A DNA stretch of 64,000 bases from Phoronis australis (Eukaryota; Animalia; Phoronida). The position numbers and the translations under genes were made by a program. The stretch covers positions 271,642 through 335,641 of the forward strand of contig NMRA01000423.1 of NCBI GenBank assembly GCA_002633005.1. The letters run 5' to 3'. Below, in pieces: positions 35,700 through 49,154 of this stretch; position 1 is the stretch's first letter; each line of letters begins with the position of its first letter. Below the pieces are notes generated by a model, which saw nothing but the letters and a program-made list of their open reading frames with translations, did no database searches and was not told where the DNA came from.

Positions 35700-38600
35700 T
35701 ATTAGTTATAAATACTCGTACAAATATTTAGGCTGTATTCTGGATCAACACCTTGACTTCAAAGAAAATTTGAATGAATACGTTATCTGAAGCTTCTGGT
35801 AGAGCGCTAGGGAAGATATGCTCAACATTCCGTGATAACAAGAATCTTGGATTCGAAACGTTTAAAACATTATTTAATTCGTGTGCGGCACCAATTTTGA
35901 AATTACGAGTCATCTGTTTGGGGTTGCAAACATTTTGGTAATGATGAAAATATCCAAAACGGAGCCATGCGTTTTTATTTAGGGGTCAACCGATTTACAG
36001 CCACTCATGCTGTTAATGGTGACATGGGGTGGGACCATAGGTGTTCAGTGGCGGATCTACGTTTTCAGTAAGGGGGGTTTTAGGATTCCCGCAAAGGTCG
36101 AATCCAAGGCGCGTGGCGCCGAGCGGGGGGGCGGAGTTTGGGAGGGGTAAACCCGCTCCCCGTGTAAGACAACTTTTTTGTTTTTGTAGCCAAATAGTGA
36201 AATTTCCATGCATCCTGGTACGTTTCTGACACTTAACATGGCCCTGGAGTTTTTCTTAAGATAATTAAAAACCCTTCTCGTTTTCGTCACATGAACTTGG
36301 CTCATAAGTTTCGTGATACCATATTTGTGCACATCTGGGTATGAGTCACACCACCAGAAAAATTTTTGTTGGAAAATCTGCTTACACACACCTTTTAGCG
36401 GCATACGAAAAAGTGTGGTGTGTATACAGGGGCTTAGACAACTACCAAATATTCAAGAGCATAAGGAGCACCGACGGGGCGAAAAAACTTGAATATCAGA
36501 TGATCGCAACAGCCTCAAGCTGTTTAAGAACGAAGACCTGTACTGTTAGTCCGGAAATAAACATGTGTTCTGTCTCGTTACGAGAAAAAAACCTGGCGAA
36601 CGACGGTGCTCTCAGCTCATAGTCTATTATTAAAAGCGGCAATGAACAATTAAGTATCACTTTATTAAGCTGAATCATGTTGACAACAATTGAAAAACGT
36701 CAAATGGATCAGGAAACAAATCATCTGAAAACAGTTTCACGAAACCAAAGCACTCTGTACACCGTGGTGAAAAGATATACAGGAGCAGTTCGCAGAGGGA
36801 CCAGATGCACACTGACAGTACACAAAAACTCTGGCCTGGTCCGTCACGAGACCAAAAGTACACCTGTGCTTATTATCCCTATAAAAATAGTCGATCTGCC
36901 GCGGGACCAAACAGTACTGGCTGAGATAAATAGATTTACAAAGCACAGTTTGGTAAAAAGCATCACAAGACTAGTTCGCCGAGGGTCCAGAAGTACACTG
37001 AAACTCGATATCTACACAAATCAAGCTGGCCTAGTCCGTCGCGAGACCTAAAGCGTACTTCGCAAAAAACTTTGAATTGAAAACTTCTCTCTAGACTTCT
37101 TTTAATCCCCAGTGGTTGCTCATACGTGTAGTTTACATATCTGGTAGTCAACTGCTGCGAGAGGTTGTCTATGAAGGGTTTTTGCACCGTTCTGTAGTAT
37201 TAACTGGAAGAAACAAGTATTGAGAACAGATTTACTGTGCGCTCGTAGACCCTCTGCTGTACTGGGTAAATTTGGCATGTCCAAAAATAATTTCTATTTC
37301 GTTTTCATTGTACACAAGAATAAAAAACCGACATTATTACAAACTGTGTTATAACTTATTACCTGGGTGTTTCTCCAGGAATGTTGGTCCTATCTTTCTG
37401 TTGTCTAGACTGCCGAGGAATCTGTACATCGGATCCAATGGTTTGCTGCTCTTGGAACCATTCTACCCAGACATCTTCCACTTTTGTTCCCAACGCTTGC
37501 ACTTCGTCAACTGCTGTGTCAATGAGCTTGTACGCCTCTACAATGTCAGCATCTCGTTTCGCAGCTCAGTTGGCACTAAGTCCCCTGAGGTTACCTAGTC
37601 CAAGACGGTAGGTGTTGAGGTCGGCACTAGGGCTCCTTAGGGGGTCCATTGAACATCGCAATAGTCTCGCAAGACTTTGTTGTGAAAATGCAGCCTCCCC
37701 GCAATTTCTGGTACTTTACACCGTTCGCGAATGCGGTCATTTTGTCAATGTGAGTGCCCCCTTGGTCATTCCTTGTATAGACATAACTTGTTAGAGTGCA
37801 TCTTCAAACAGACTCGCGGCCAGACTACGGCGCCCGCCACAAGCAATTATTCGGAAAACGAGTTTTTTCAAAAGTATTACATGTACATGTACACTGTATG
37901 ATATTGCGCAAGACAACTTTACTGTACATCAGTCAAATTCGAGTTACAAACGTGTTGGGTGAAATAGGATGACACGGCAGTGACAGATGAGGTAAAAACG
38001 TTGCACGTCAATTCGCCTGAATATCACAGTTGCGGCACCACAGTATTTCCCCTAATCAAACCAAAACATACCTTAGACTAAAGAAGCTAGTTACCTAAAC
38101 AAATCAGCTATAGAGCTGCTCTTTCAGCGGTGGATCCATCTAAAATGCTTGGCTACTTCAGAAATGTCGACGGAAGCGCGCGCACAATTGATCTTCCGGC
38201 TTTTGCCAATGAGCCACGAAGACTCGAAACGCGTTGATTTTCATAACAGCAATTCACAATGCAAAAAAATATATTTTCATATTGAACCCCCCCCCCCTTC
38301 TCATTTTTTCCGAGTTGGTTTACTTGGGGTTTACACACGTTGGCGGTGCCGGTTTTGATTTGCTGGAGACGTTTTTTTTTTAATTTTTGGGTCCTGGCCC
38401 GAGGGGGGGTTTAAACTCCCTGAACGCCCCCCCCCGTAGATCCGCCACTGGTGTTGATAGGTTACTGAAGAAGGTATTTCTATGGGACTACTCTTTTGGT
38501 AGAAAGGGTTGGATAGACGGAATCAAAAATTTGTTTAACATAACTGGCATGCAATCATGTTTTCAAAATTTGACTACTTGTAACATAGTAGATGCTAGAA

Positions 38601-39195
38601 ACAAACTATTTGAATACTCAAAACATGCTTGGGGTGAGTCTGTTGTAACAAAACTCAAGTTAAGAACCTACATTATATTTAAGCACGAGTTTTTAACTGA
38701 GCTGTATATAAAGATTAATTTATTTCGTTCCGAGCGATCTCTTCTGGCTCAGCCTAGAGCTGGAAATCTCCCAATGCACTTGGAAACTGGTCGTTATGTA
38801 AACACTCCTGTAAGTGAATGACTGCTTGTGTTGTGATTCTGGTTCTGTGGAGGATGAGCTACATTTTGTGTTTGATTGTTCTCTTTATAACTCACGGATG
38901 TCTATTTTGTTTAATAATGTTTCTCTTCAAATCCCGAACTTTGCAGAATTCAGAACATTAGATATTACGTTAAAACTGCTATTTCAGTATTTCCCTTGGC
39001 AATTTGCCAAAAAATATCGAGTCTGCTTTTGAACTTAGCAACCGACGCATTTATGGCAGGCCTACATCTGAGTTGTGTGGATAAAGTGAATAATAAGCCC
39101 AACTGGGCTGGGTACTTATCTTTCTCACGAATGGTGTACCTATAACTGTTTGAATTAATTGTACTTGACAATATAGCAAATAAATACTACTACTA
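35700..39195 (+). mobile_element. 5'-truncated RTE-X-like LINE (ORF2 C-terminus), split by a DNA transposon at 36046-38450
   Basis: YKYLGCILDQHLDF..FKTLFNSCAAPIL..IQNGAMRFYLGV..AVNGDMGW, then after the insert KLRTY..LPMHLETGRY..CLCC..VEDELHFVFDC; AATAAA plus (TAC)n tail at 39179-39195. Confidence 0.85.
36046..38450 (-). mobile_element. hAT-superfamily DNA transposon, 2405 bp, 16-bp TIR, 5-bp TSD GTGTT, with degenerate intron-containing transposase
   Basis: GTGTT|CAGTGGCGGATCTACG ... CGTAGATCCGCCACTG|GTGTT. Minus strand reads RGLSAN*AAKRDADIVEAYKLID..WVEWFQE..IPRQSRQQKDRTNIPGETP, intron 37362-37204, then S*YYRTVQKPFIDNLSQQLTTR, resembling THAP12/ZMYM1-type hAT transposase. Confidence 0.88.
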
Positions 39196-39312
39196 TATCG
39201 TGCTTATATACGCCTAGACTCGTGCATCTTAAGCGCACCAAAATCTATCTCTTCAATCGCAGAATTAGATTGACCAGTGGAGGGAACATGGAACTGGGGG
39301 AACATAGAGCGA

Positions 39313-39463
39313 GGGAACACTGGGATTGCCGGGTTGTGGTGGGTAGGTGAGAACACTGGGATTACCGGGATGTGATGGGTAGGTGAGAACAGAGGGATTA
39401 CCGGGGTGTGATGGGGTAGGTGAGAACACTGGGATTACCGGGGTGTGATGGGTAGGTTGGAAC
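39313..39463. repeat. 36-bp minisatellite, ~4 units
   Basis: (gagaacactgggattaccggggtgtgatgggtaggt)n. Confidence 0.9.
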
Positions 39464-40280
39464 AGCGGGTCAGGGAACATCAGTTGTGGAACATACAGCG
39501 GGTAAATATCGGGAAAGCTGGAGAAATATCGAGGAGGGGTAAGGTTCATCTTGGCAAAGCTGGAGTTGAACAAAATAGATCTAAAGCATGGTTTTTGGCT
39601 TGTATGAAAGTACCATTGTAAACTAACCAGGAGTCTGTGATCTTATGATTATTCTTTTTTCAATATGCATTGACATGTCAGCAGGGGTCCCATATTTTGA
39701 GAAATTTCTTCACTGAATAGTAATCATCGAATTGGCTCCAAAATCCGCGACTCCCTGTAATTGACTACTGGCTATATGGGAGGGAACATGAAAAGTCAAT
39801 GGAGTGCTGGTTGACTTACATGTAGTTTGGCTCACTTCAACCACAAAAATGTGCCAGACCTATTCTATCAATTTTGTTTATTTTAATTTGTAAACCAAAT
39901 GAATATAGAGCCTGCATACATTATATTCACCAATGACGTCAATAGAGGCAGAGTCAATATATAGAACAGATGACGTTCTAGTGTGAGGGTTCAACAATAG
40001 CAATTTGAATATGTAACATTCCAAGGTGCCAAAATAGGATATCCAATCAGATCAATTGATAGCTGCTAGTAAAGCGAAAGTGATTTTCATGGCAAGGTTA
40101 TTACAACCAGACAGCAGGGGTTCATTTAATTGGTATTTTGCTATTTTAAGGTAGCACTGAACAGTGTGCCTCCTAAGCAGGCTGATATCAGATAGCAGGG
40201 GTTCATTTAGTTCAGTGGTATTTTGCCACGTTCAGCAGGCTGATATCAGATTAGTTCTTTGATGTAATCCACTAAAATCT

Positions 40281-40495
40281 CATGCGCGCACCCAGGGGGT
40301 GGGGTCGAACGACAACCTCCATTTGATAAAGAGGGCAAAAAGGTCGGCCTCAGAAAAAAACTTCAAAAAAGGTAGATACGAGACAAAAGTCCACTAAACG
40401 ACGGGTACTATCAAAACTCGGTGACCCACAATTTATTTCTCGGAACGTACTCCCAAAATTCAAGCCCGCTCATTTTTAAACTGGGTGTGCGCATG
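40281..40495. mobile_element. MITE with CATGCGCGCACCCAG TIR and near-perfect 5-bp TSD
   Basis: AATCT|CATGCGCGCACCCAG ... CTGGGTGTGCGCATG|AATCG; homologous to 46341-46601. Confidence 0.8.
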
Positions 40496-41559
40496 AATCG
40501 GCCCCATGCTATAACTTAAATTAATGAGATTCCATCTGTATTACCGACTCAAGTCACAGACAATGGACCATTAATTCACGAAGTTACTGATGGTTGCTAA
40601 CCTCATTTTCAAGCGGCTGGTGGGTTTTGATAAATCTTATTGGTAACGGAGAGACAATTTTACATGTAGCTACTACAGTCAGGAATAAAATGATGAGACA
40701 CATTTGATGAGAGTAAAATGCCTAATTTTATTTTCGTTTGAAGTCAGCTATACAGTTCGAAATGCAGCAATAACAATGTATTTTAGTGGTTTTAAAATAT
40801 AATTGCTTTGTTCTACATTTGTTAACGTGTGTTTAGATGGTTGCATGTGCACATGTCGTTAACATTTTGTTTTTGTCTCTTCCTAAGTCAAAGCGTGATT
40901 AAACACACTTGTCCAAGGCCAGTTAAAGTTGAAAACATCTATTGATTGGGTGACAGCAATTTTGTAATTATAAAGTTTGCTTGCAAAGTCTGAGAGCAAA
41001 CTCGGGTTAAATCTGTTCATTGGTGACACAGATCAAAATTTGATAGCAAGAGAAGGATTACGCAGTCACCTGAAACCAGAAGCGATCCTTTTTTAAATTA
41101 CTGACTCGAGCTCCTGTGACCAAAATATAACCATACACTGTTTGTGTTCGTATTTAGGCTCATGCCCTATATGTGGAACTGCGCCCAAGTCTGTAATTTG
41201 TCCCATGCGCCTTTTTGCAAAGCAAAAAAGTACAGGCAATGGATAGTCACTGAGTCTGAAGGTAAATCATTGGCATATTCTCCTATACGCAAAACTAAAC
41301 TCATTATTCTGGCTATAGCCTGGGGGGGGGGCGTGTGCCTAAATACGCAAATGTCCTCATTACTGTAGGCCAATGAAGGAAACTAAATGCATTGTGTGAT
41401 AATCCATCCATAGGAACTGAGTTGTTTTCAGTTGGGGTTATTGTTAGACCTGAAGAGTCTCTTGTTCCTGAGGATACAACACGATTGTTACAGTTTTGTT
41501 TGTTTCAGAATTTATACCAGATACACCTCTGGCCGTATCCGGTATTTAGTGAACGATGC

Positions 41560-41805
41560 GAAGGGGAACTTGTACATTCACACCCGCATACATTCATGTA
41601 CGCAGATGCGCACTTGTGGATGGGGTCAGTTACAAAACATTCACACCCAAATACATACACGCGGATATTGTTAATTAAATCAGTTTTTGTCCGGTTTTTA
41701 AATACATACACACATGCAGACTTGTAGTAGTGGTCAGTTACAAAACAACACATTCACACCCAAATACATTCACACATGCGCACTTATGGTAGGGGTCGGT
41801 TACAA
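41560..41805. repeat. Diverged tandem repeat
   Basis: cattcacaccc.catacat / ggtcagttacaaaaca motifs recur three times. Confidence 0.7.
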
Positions 41806-42374
41806 CTCAAAACTAAACTGTCTCAAAATAAATTACATTGGGGACTCATCTTTTCGAATTTTGGATCATTTTATTAAAACATTTTTCAATTTTGAAATAC
41901 CCAAAGATTTGATTTTGAAGTATGTCAAATTGGGCGTCCTGAATTTATGACCCTGCCAATAAATGTGGAATTTCCTAAACATACCGTTAGATTAATTGCG
42001 TATTTTCCTTCAATCTTCCAAAATATGTCTGAAGTTGAAAGCTCTGATGAGCTTCCGGTTTTGGGTAGTGTCCTCCGGCACCTTTTTACAAAAATATACA
42101 CAGATATGTGAGACTACGTTGATGGTGTTAACCGATGTATGAAATTACACGCGTAACACGAAACCATGCCAATCAAGTACCAGTAGTATATTTTAAAGAA
42201 TAAGTACATGTACACACCTTTCTCAGCCAATCAGGAGACGCATCAATACTAAGGCGAGTTTCCCACTTTTATTCATGTTTTGGCTTTTTATCGATAGAAT
42301 TAATTACATGAAAACACGTTTATGTTTTCTCTAAAATGACAACTGACATTTGGGAGACTATTGCCTGTGATACG

Positions 42375-42433
42375 ATGGATCACAGGCAACAGTTTCCCGA
42401 TTCCAGTTCGGGAAACTGTTGCCTGTGATCCAT
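42375..42433. repeat. Perfect 26-bp inverted repeat with 7-nt loop
   Basis: atggatcacaggcaacagtttcccga-ttccagt-tcgggaaactgttgcctgtgatccat. Confidence 0.95.
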
Positions 42434-42531
42434 TTCTTAAGACCATAAAACAAATGAAAGGTGGAGAGTGATCCATTAATATCTAACAAATTACAAATAT
42501 GACTAATAACTTTTTAAATCATTGAATGTGA

Positions 42532-42678
42532 AATATTACATTGTTATCTATTAATGTCTTGTTGTTATATGGTAGAGTTGTTACCTAGCTTATCTTAGTT
42601 TATATTACATTGTTATATATTAATGTCTTGTTGTTATATGATACAGTTGTTACCTAGCTTATCTTAGTTTATATTACA
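42532..42678. repeat. ~69-bp tandem duplication
   Basis: atattacattgttat.tattaatgtcttgttgttatatg...tacctagcttatcttagttt x2. Confidence 0.9.
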
Positions 42679-44265
42679 CCCATTCACTGATTCTGAATTA
42701 ATTAGACTCTAATTATTGTATTTCATTTGTATTGAATTATTTTCCACGTATATTTTTGTTAGATTAGACTAGGTAACTTAGATCGTTTCTATCAGATAAG
42801 CAAAGATTAGATTGTTTGATGTATACGTTCTTATTGCTTAAGGGATATGTATGAGTCATAACTGTACTTGACGTAACATCAAGACACGGTTACATTCTTA
42901 TTGAGAAGTAATAATCAGATGTTAAAATCAGTGTTCTGAAATCGAATATTGTAGAGGATTCCATTCTGTAAACATTTGTCATCTTTGATATACATGATTA
43001 CAAGATGAGGTTAATGTCAGTTTAGCGATGTTTTACAAATGGTTCCCACACAACAGAACGTGTACATATATTCTGGTTTAATGTCATTTTAGCTATGTTG
43101 TACACATGGTTCCCACACAACAGAGCGTGTACATATAGCCTGGTTTCATGGGGTTCACGACATCACTGCCTTAAACTTGAATCAGCGTTGTTCGTTAAAA
43201 AAACATTGCGCATTGTAAGTCATCTGGCGGTTTGTGTGACATGTTTGTTTAATCTTTTTATAAGGTCGACTACTATTGAACTGCTAAAGTCTCATTTTAC
43301 AACGACACATGTACGCAAAGCCCCCTTTAAAGCACCGTTCCTGGTTCACGGTATTTTTGAAGGACAATATGTCCGCATTTCAAAAGTAACTCAAAGTTCT
43401 GAAATGTGAATCTTTCTGTTATGCACTACCATAACATAATTTTGCAAATCGCGTGGGAATTGGCAAAATAAACACAAAAGAAAACGATTTTGAAAACTTA
43501 GAAAGCATTTAAAAAGAATTAAAATTTTTAACTATTGAAATGTCACAAACAACTTGCATATTGGCCCCAAAACTGTATATAATGCGCTTAAAGAAATATA
43601 ATGATTACAGTGATGCAAACAAACGATAGGGACATGTCAGTGAAGACAAATTCTCATTTGTTGTTTCAGGCTGATCAACAATAGTGAAGCGTTTACTGAA
43701 TGTGCATTCAACAATACAGCGGGTTGCTGCTCATTAACTGTCGTCAGTACCAAACTGTTCTGTGGCTAATTAATTAAATTTCTGAAACATGCTGCTCAAA
43801 GGTCACTTATGCCCGTAAAATGTAAAAGAGATCCATTCTCGCGAAGTTTTATGTGGGTTTATTCCTCAAACAGGAAAGTCCTCAAGCTAATGAACAGGGC
43901 TTCAAAATTTGCCAAACACGGAGGTTGACTTGCGGTCATACTGGAGAATGTGAAATTTGGGTCCTAGCCATCCACTTATGTTACCTTTCTGTATGCCGGT
44001 GTAAACAACGCTAACGACGAAATCAGTATTCCTCATGTAAACAGTGGACCGATAAAAACAAGACTCAAGTATCTCCAATGGTAACGCAGATGACGTCATT
44101 GAGTTTTACAATGACACATTGAAACCCGTAAAAAACAGTCCCGTCCTGCAAAGTTGGCACAGAATCAAAGACGCTTTGACAGAAGATGGCAGCAAAAGAG
44201 GCAATTGACGAATCTCAAGGTTACCTTCTCACCAAAGATGAAAAAAAGCAGGTAGGAAACATTTC

Positions 44266-44639
44266 ATTATACCATAGTGTCTGTGATTAGTCAGTCCCAT
44301 TATACCATTGTGTCTGTGATTAGTCAATCCCATTATACGATAGTGTCTGTGATTAGTCAGTCCCATTATACGATAGTGTCTGTGATTAGTCAGTCCCATT
44401 ATACCATTGTGTCTGTGATTAGTCAGTACCATTATACGATAGTGTCTGTGATTAGTCAGTCCCATTATACCATTGTGTCTGTGATTAGCCAGTCAGTCCC
44501 ATTATACCATAGTGTCTGTGATTAGTCAGTCCCATTAAACCATAGTGTCTGTGATTAGCCAGAAAGTCCCATTATACCATAGTGTCTGTGATTAGTGAGT
44601 CCCATTATATCATAGTGTCTGTGATTAGTCAGTCCCATT
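44266..44639. repeat. 33-bp minisatellite, ~11 units
   Basis: (ccattataccatagtgtctgtgattagtcagtc)n, head-to-tail without spacers. Confidence 0.95.
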
Positions 44640-45417
44640 TTGTTGGTTTGACCTTGAAGACATACGGTACAACGCTATTTTAATAGCGCTAGACTCAAAC
44701 TTGTAAGCCTATTTTTCAGAGAACGGAATACATGAATGTTTGCATGTAAACCATGTTAAAAGACGTATTTATAAGAGTAAATTATGCCTTATTCATGTAT
44801 TTCTCCTAAACAAGGCGGTATGATGTGAATGTTTTGTGATCCAGCGCACTGGTATTTGTGCAGATCACTGTTATATTGTTTTTTAACAAAAAAGACCGTT
44901 ATGTCCTCACCGTTACGTCTATCAAAGTTTAGTATTCAACCTTGCATGTGAACATTATTCTAGATATGTCCTACCTGTATTTCTGTTACTGAGTAGAATA
45001 TCGAAACCATCAGCTACTGAGATCTATATCACCAATTCTCATCAAATTACGTCATAAACTGGGAATTTCCTGTCGTCAAAGAACAGGAGAAGCGGAGCTC
45101 AATGCCCGGTTGCATGAAACACTCCCAAATAGTGATTTGACTAAGTTCTCTAAATCTTATGTATGCTTCTGGACTTGTGAAATCACCGCTCCATTCGCAC
45201 TAATTAAATAACCGCTGTAGGGGACATCCCATGCAGTGTTATTTGGGAAGTTCAAGTATCTTGGAAACTCAATGTTTGGGGACGTATATAGCCTTTTCAT
45301 GTAGTGTGATGCAGACGCTTTAGGCCAAGATGTAGGAGAGGGAGGGGGACCGACGGAGTACCGTAACTTTGTCTTCACGTGCTGTTTAAGGCATAAATAC
45401 ACTGTTTTGTCACACAG

Positions 45418-45849
45418 ATTGAAAAGGTTGAAAAACTTGACAAACCAATGTTACTGAAAGGCATTATACCTATGATGAGACAGTATGTTTTGTTTGTGTC
45501 TCTCTAGGAGTCATATGTAGGCCTATTGAAAAGGTTGAAAAACTTGACAAACCAAGTTTACTGAAAGGCATTATACCTATGATGAGACAGTATGATTTGT
45601 TTGTGTCTCTCTAGGAGTCATATGTAGGCCTATTGAAAAGGTTGAAAAACTTGACAAACCAAGTTTACTGAAAGGCATTATACCTATGATGAGACAGTAT
45701 GATTTGTTTGTGTCTATCTAGGAGTCATATGTTGGCCTATTGAAAAGGTTGAAAAACTTGATAAACCAAGGTTACTGAAAGGCATTTTACCTATGGTGAG
45801 ACAGTTTGTTTTGTTTATGTCTATCTAGGAGTCATATGTAGGCCTATTG
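45418..45849. repeat. 107-bp tandem repeat x4
   Basis: attgaaaaggttgaaaaacttgacaaacc... recurring at 107-bp period. Confidence 0.95.
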
Positions 45850-46340
45850 TGGTGCAAACCCAATTTCAGAAACTGCTTTAGGTTTCACATTTCAAAACTA
45901 GCGAGGGGCAAAGACGTTCTCCCGCGTTTTGTCGGCGGGTACAGTTTTCACATATGGGATAGGTTGGCTACTTAAAGATTGCTGCGGTTCTCCTACACGT
46001 TTGTGTATTTCTGTCATAGCCAAAGCTTTAAATAGCTGTGTACAGTAACCGTGTATTCTGTGGCGAGCATCAGCTGAAAGAGGCGGTCTGAGTTGTCCAC
46101 AGTTGTAACCAGTGACACGTGACGGGAACTAACCATTCACTCGTCTAACAGTGGCAAACTAGGTCATCATACAAATGCACTGGCAATTTGAAGATATTAA
46201 CAGTCTCAGAAAACTCCCCAGGAGAACGAGAACGATTTAAATAGTTAAATATTCACATGTCGCTGTAGTGGAACATTACTAAGGCATTATTGCGTTACGC
46301 TTGCTTCTAAGAAAACTGCCAAGCTGGCTGGAATCTTATA

Positions 46341-46601
46341 CATGCGCGCATCCAGGGGGGCTCGGGAGCTCGAACGAGCCCCCGCATTTGCCGATGTGGG
46401 CAAAAAGGTCAGCCTCTGAGAGACAAAAATCCGAGAAAATGGGACAAAACTCCACTAAACAAGCGCAAACGCAGAAATCACAGTGGTGGTCCTGTTTTTT
46501 TGTTTGTTTGTTTTTTTTTAGTCCGCCAGCTCTTTTGTTAGCAAAAGGTCCACAACGTCAGGAATTCAAGCCCCCCATATCGAAGGCTGGGTGCCTGCAT
46601 G
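46341..46601. mobile_element. MITE with CATGCGCGCA TIR and 5-bp TSD TTATA
   Basis: TTATA|CATGCGCGCATCCAG ... CTGGGTGCCTGCATG|TTATA. Confidence 0.85.
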
Positions 46602-49154
46602 TTATATGGGTGGAAAATTTGGCCTGTCCAGGTAATTGTGGCCCGTTGTCAGTGTCACTTGCGAATTTGCAGGCAACTCTGCATGACTGGTCGAGGTAAC
46701 TGCCTAGGGTATAGTATTCCAAACAACCCTGCCCATACCCTTTGTTAGGTCATGAAAGACAACAAAAGCGCTCTTACACACGCTCCTTTGAAACAGTTAT
46801 TTGTACAAGCGCGTGGTCCGGGTAGCGTGGTCCGGGGGCGATACGTCAACTCTTATACTTAGAGTGTGAGTAGAACGTATTTATGTAAGTGAAGTAGCAC
46901 ACGCCGGCGTTGAATCATTTATGCAATTTGATGCCCCCCCTGCCAATACATGTCACTTTTTGACACCACCAAAAACAATCACGAAGCAATAAAGTGAGAT
47001 CGTCAAAGTTAATCCAATATGTTTGTCTATTACCCGTGTACCTCCATGCAAATGTGCGCCTATAGCATTCAGTGTTCATGTGCATCTCTTTGAAGGCATA
47101 CTGACTGCGCTGGAGCTCTTCACATGACTTTTGGGTCATTGTGACTTTTGCATCAGTGATCAATAGTAATATTCACTGGTCGACACATCCCGCATTACAA
47201 GTCAACATTTATCTGTCCGACCCAATCCCATTTCCGTAAACAGGCATCAAGCACGTTTTGATCTTTTACTTCTGTGAATATTTTTTTAAAATGAAATTAA
47301 CTGTAATTCGAAACCGTTGGCTCTGATTTTTGCAAAATAGTAAAACAGCTTTGTTTCTTCACAGTGACAATGTAGACATGTGACCGTTAGACGAGATATT
47401 CAGTTTGACGAAAATTACTAGTGTATAGGAATCATAGACATCTTAATACTGTGATGTCTATGATAGGAATCCACCACTGATTATCGTCCAAGCATTTCAA
47501 CCGAACGATTCAAAGAGCTTCATCGGTGTGGTTATACAGGTTTTTAATCTTCCAACCATTCACACTGGGTTTCAGTAGTTGAAAGGGTTTATACCTGCGA
47601 TGTGAATGAAAATAATTAGGCCTACAACCAGTCATTATTCAAGCGGTCTGCTCTGTCCCTCGATATATTTCACCCATCTCTAGATCGGTGACTAACTAAG
47701 AAAAGGTGCTCCACTGACGTGGTGTAGTGACGTGGACATTACTGAGGATGCTAAACCATTTAGAGACTGGACCCAACTAAGTGGCCGATTAGCATGGGAA
47801 AAGGTCACCTTTCAAAGCTTGACCTTTCGGAGGAATTTATCGACACCTGTCTTTTGATGTCTTGATTCATTACTTAAACAGCTCAAGTTTTTTTTGCAAT
47901 CAAAATTTATTAAATTGTTTGAATTTGAATATAGGAGCCCAAATTTTCCAGGAAAATCAAGTCGGGAAATGTTTTATTTCGTTAATAACTTTGTTGAATA
48001 ATTTGCCTTTAAGGGTTTTTGTTGGAAATGATATGAGCCACTTTCTTAATAAATCAGGTTCTAAAACTTTCACCCATCTGAGCGTCACCCNGTAACAAAC
48101 CAGTTTGCGTTTTCAAATAACAGGCAACGCTACTTAGGTATTTGCAGTCTTTCATCTTCACAAGGGTTGTATTTTCATCTAAAAGGCAGTGTGAAATCCA
48201 CAACATCGCGTTGTTACAACAAAGATCCGTTAAAACTTGATATTTGAATCCTGGTTACTCTGCAGTGCCAACTAAAGGCCAATCCTTTCCCGGTTTGATG
48301 AACCACGTGACCTTCAGTTACCGACTTGCTTGTAAGAGAGTTCAAGTATGATGTTCAACTACAACGTACTTCGATATTAGTTAACTCCAGCCCCCTCCCC
48401 AAAAACAGCTGGAGCTCTCAGTGGCCGTTAGCGGGGTTTCAAAGCGTATTTGGACATTTAGGAAAGTTTTACGTAATTATTGTGCCGACTGCCACGAATA
48501 ATTCGAGACTTATATAAAACAAATAATTTCATTCGGTTACGCTACAACAACTATTTAAAGGCCGATGCTCTTTTATTAAAAGCAATAGTTTGAATTAAGG
48601 GTTTGAGACTATATGAAAGGGACGAACCAAACGTTATTCATTCACTGAAATACAAAAGCACATGCAACACATCGATATCTGAACTAAACAATTGAAAACA
48701 TTATTAAAATGGTAAAGGTGTTTGAACATTATTGCTAAGTCTGTGTCAAATTTTAACCCACTTTTTGATTGGGTAGACGGCAGCATTTGTAGCTATACTC
48801 TAAACCTGCTTAATTTTTGGCACATATACATACATGTACGTACAAACCTATGTCCGACAGAGGGAGTTACATCTTAGACATCTGGACGATTCCCACGATT
48901 GTGTTAGCGTTTTCTGGATAGAAGAAAATACTTATATACAGTGTAGGTTCGCCACATAAATCTAGTTATAGAAAGTGCCACCAGAGGGTGAGCCTGTTCA
49001 GAGTGTTTACTACTAGATACAGCTGCATACAGCTTGTTGCCAAGGACTGTAGGCAATGGGATATCCACTCTATCGACTGTTGCTTGGAAACAAAGAGAAA
49101 GATCACTTGCTATTTTGTTTAAGTTGGACAGCTGTTAATCAAGTAAACGAAAAT

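Noticed and set aside
36780-37060. CRISPR-like repeat-spacer array
   Set aside because: Repeats are too divergent and irregularly spaced, and they lie within a hAT element.
39265-39573. Proline-rich repeat protein
   Set aside because: Translation of a 36-bp minisatellite with no splice or homology support.
44266-44639. CRISPR array or repeat-protein ORFs (MGLTNHRHYRI / HYTIVSVISQS)
   Set aside because: Head-to-tail 33-bp units with no unique spacers, no cas genes and a eukaryotic context; the ORFs arise because the unit length is a multiple of three.
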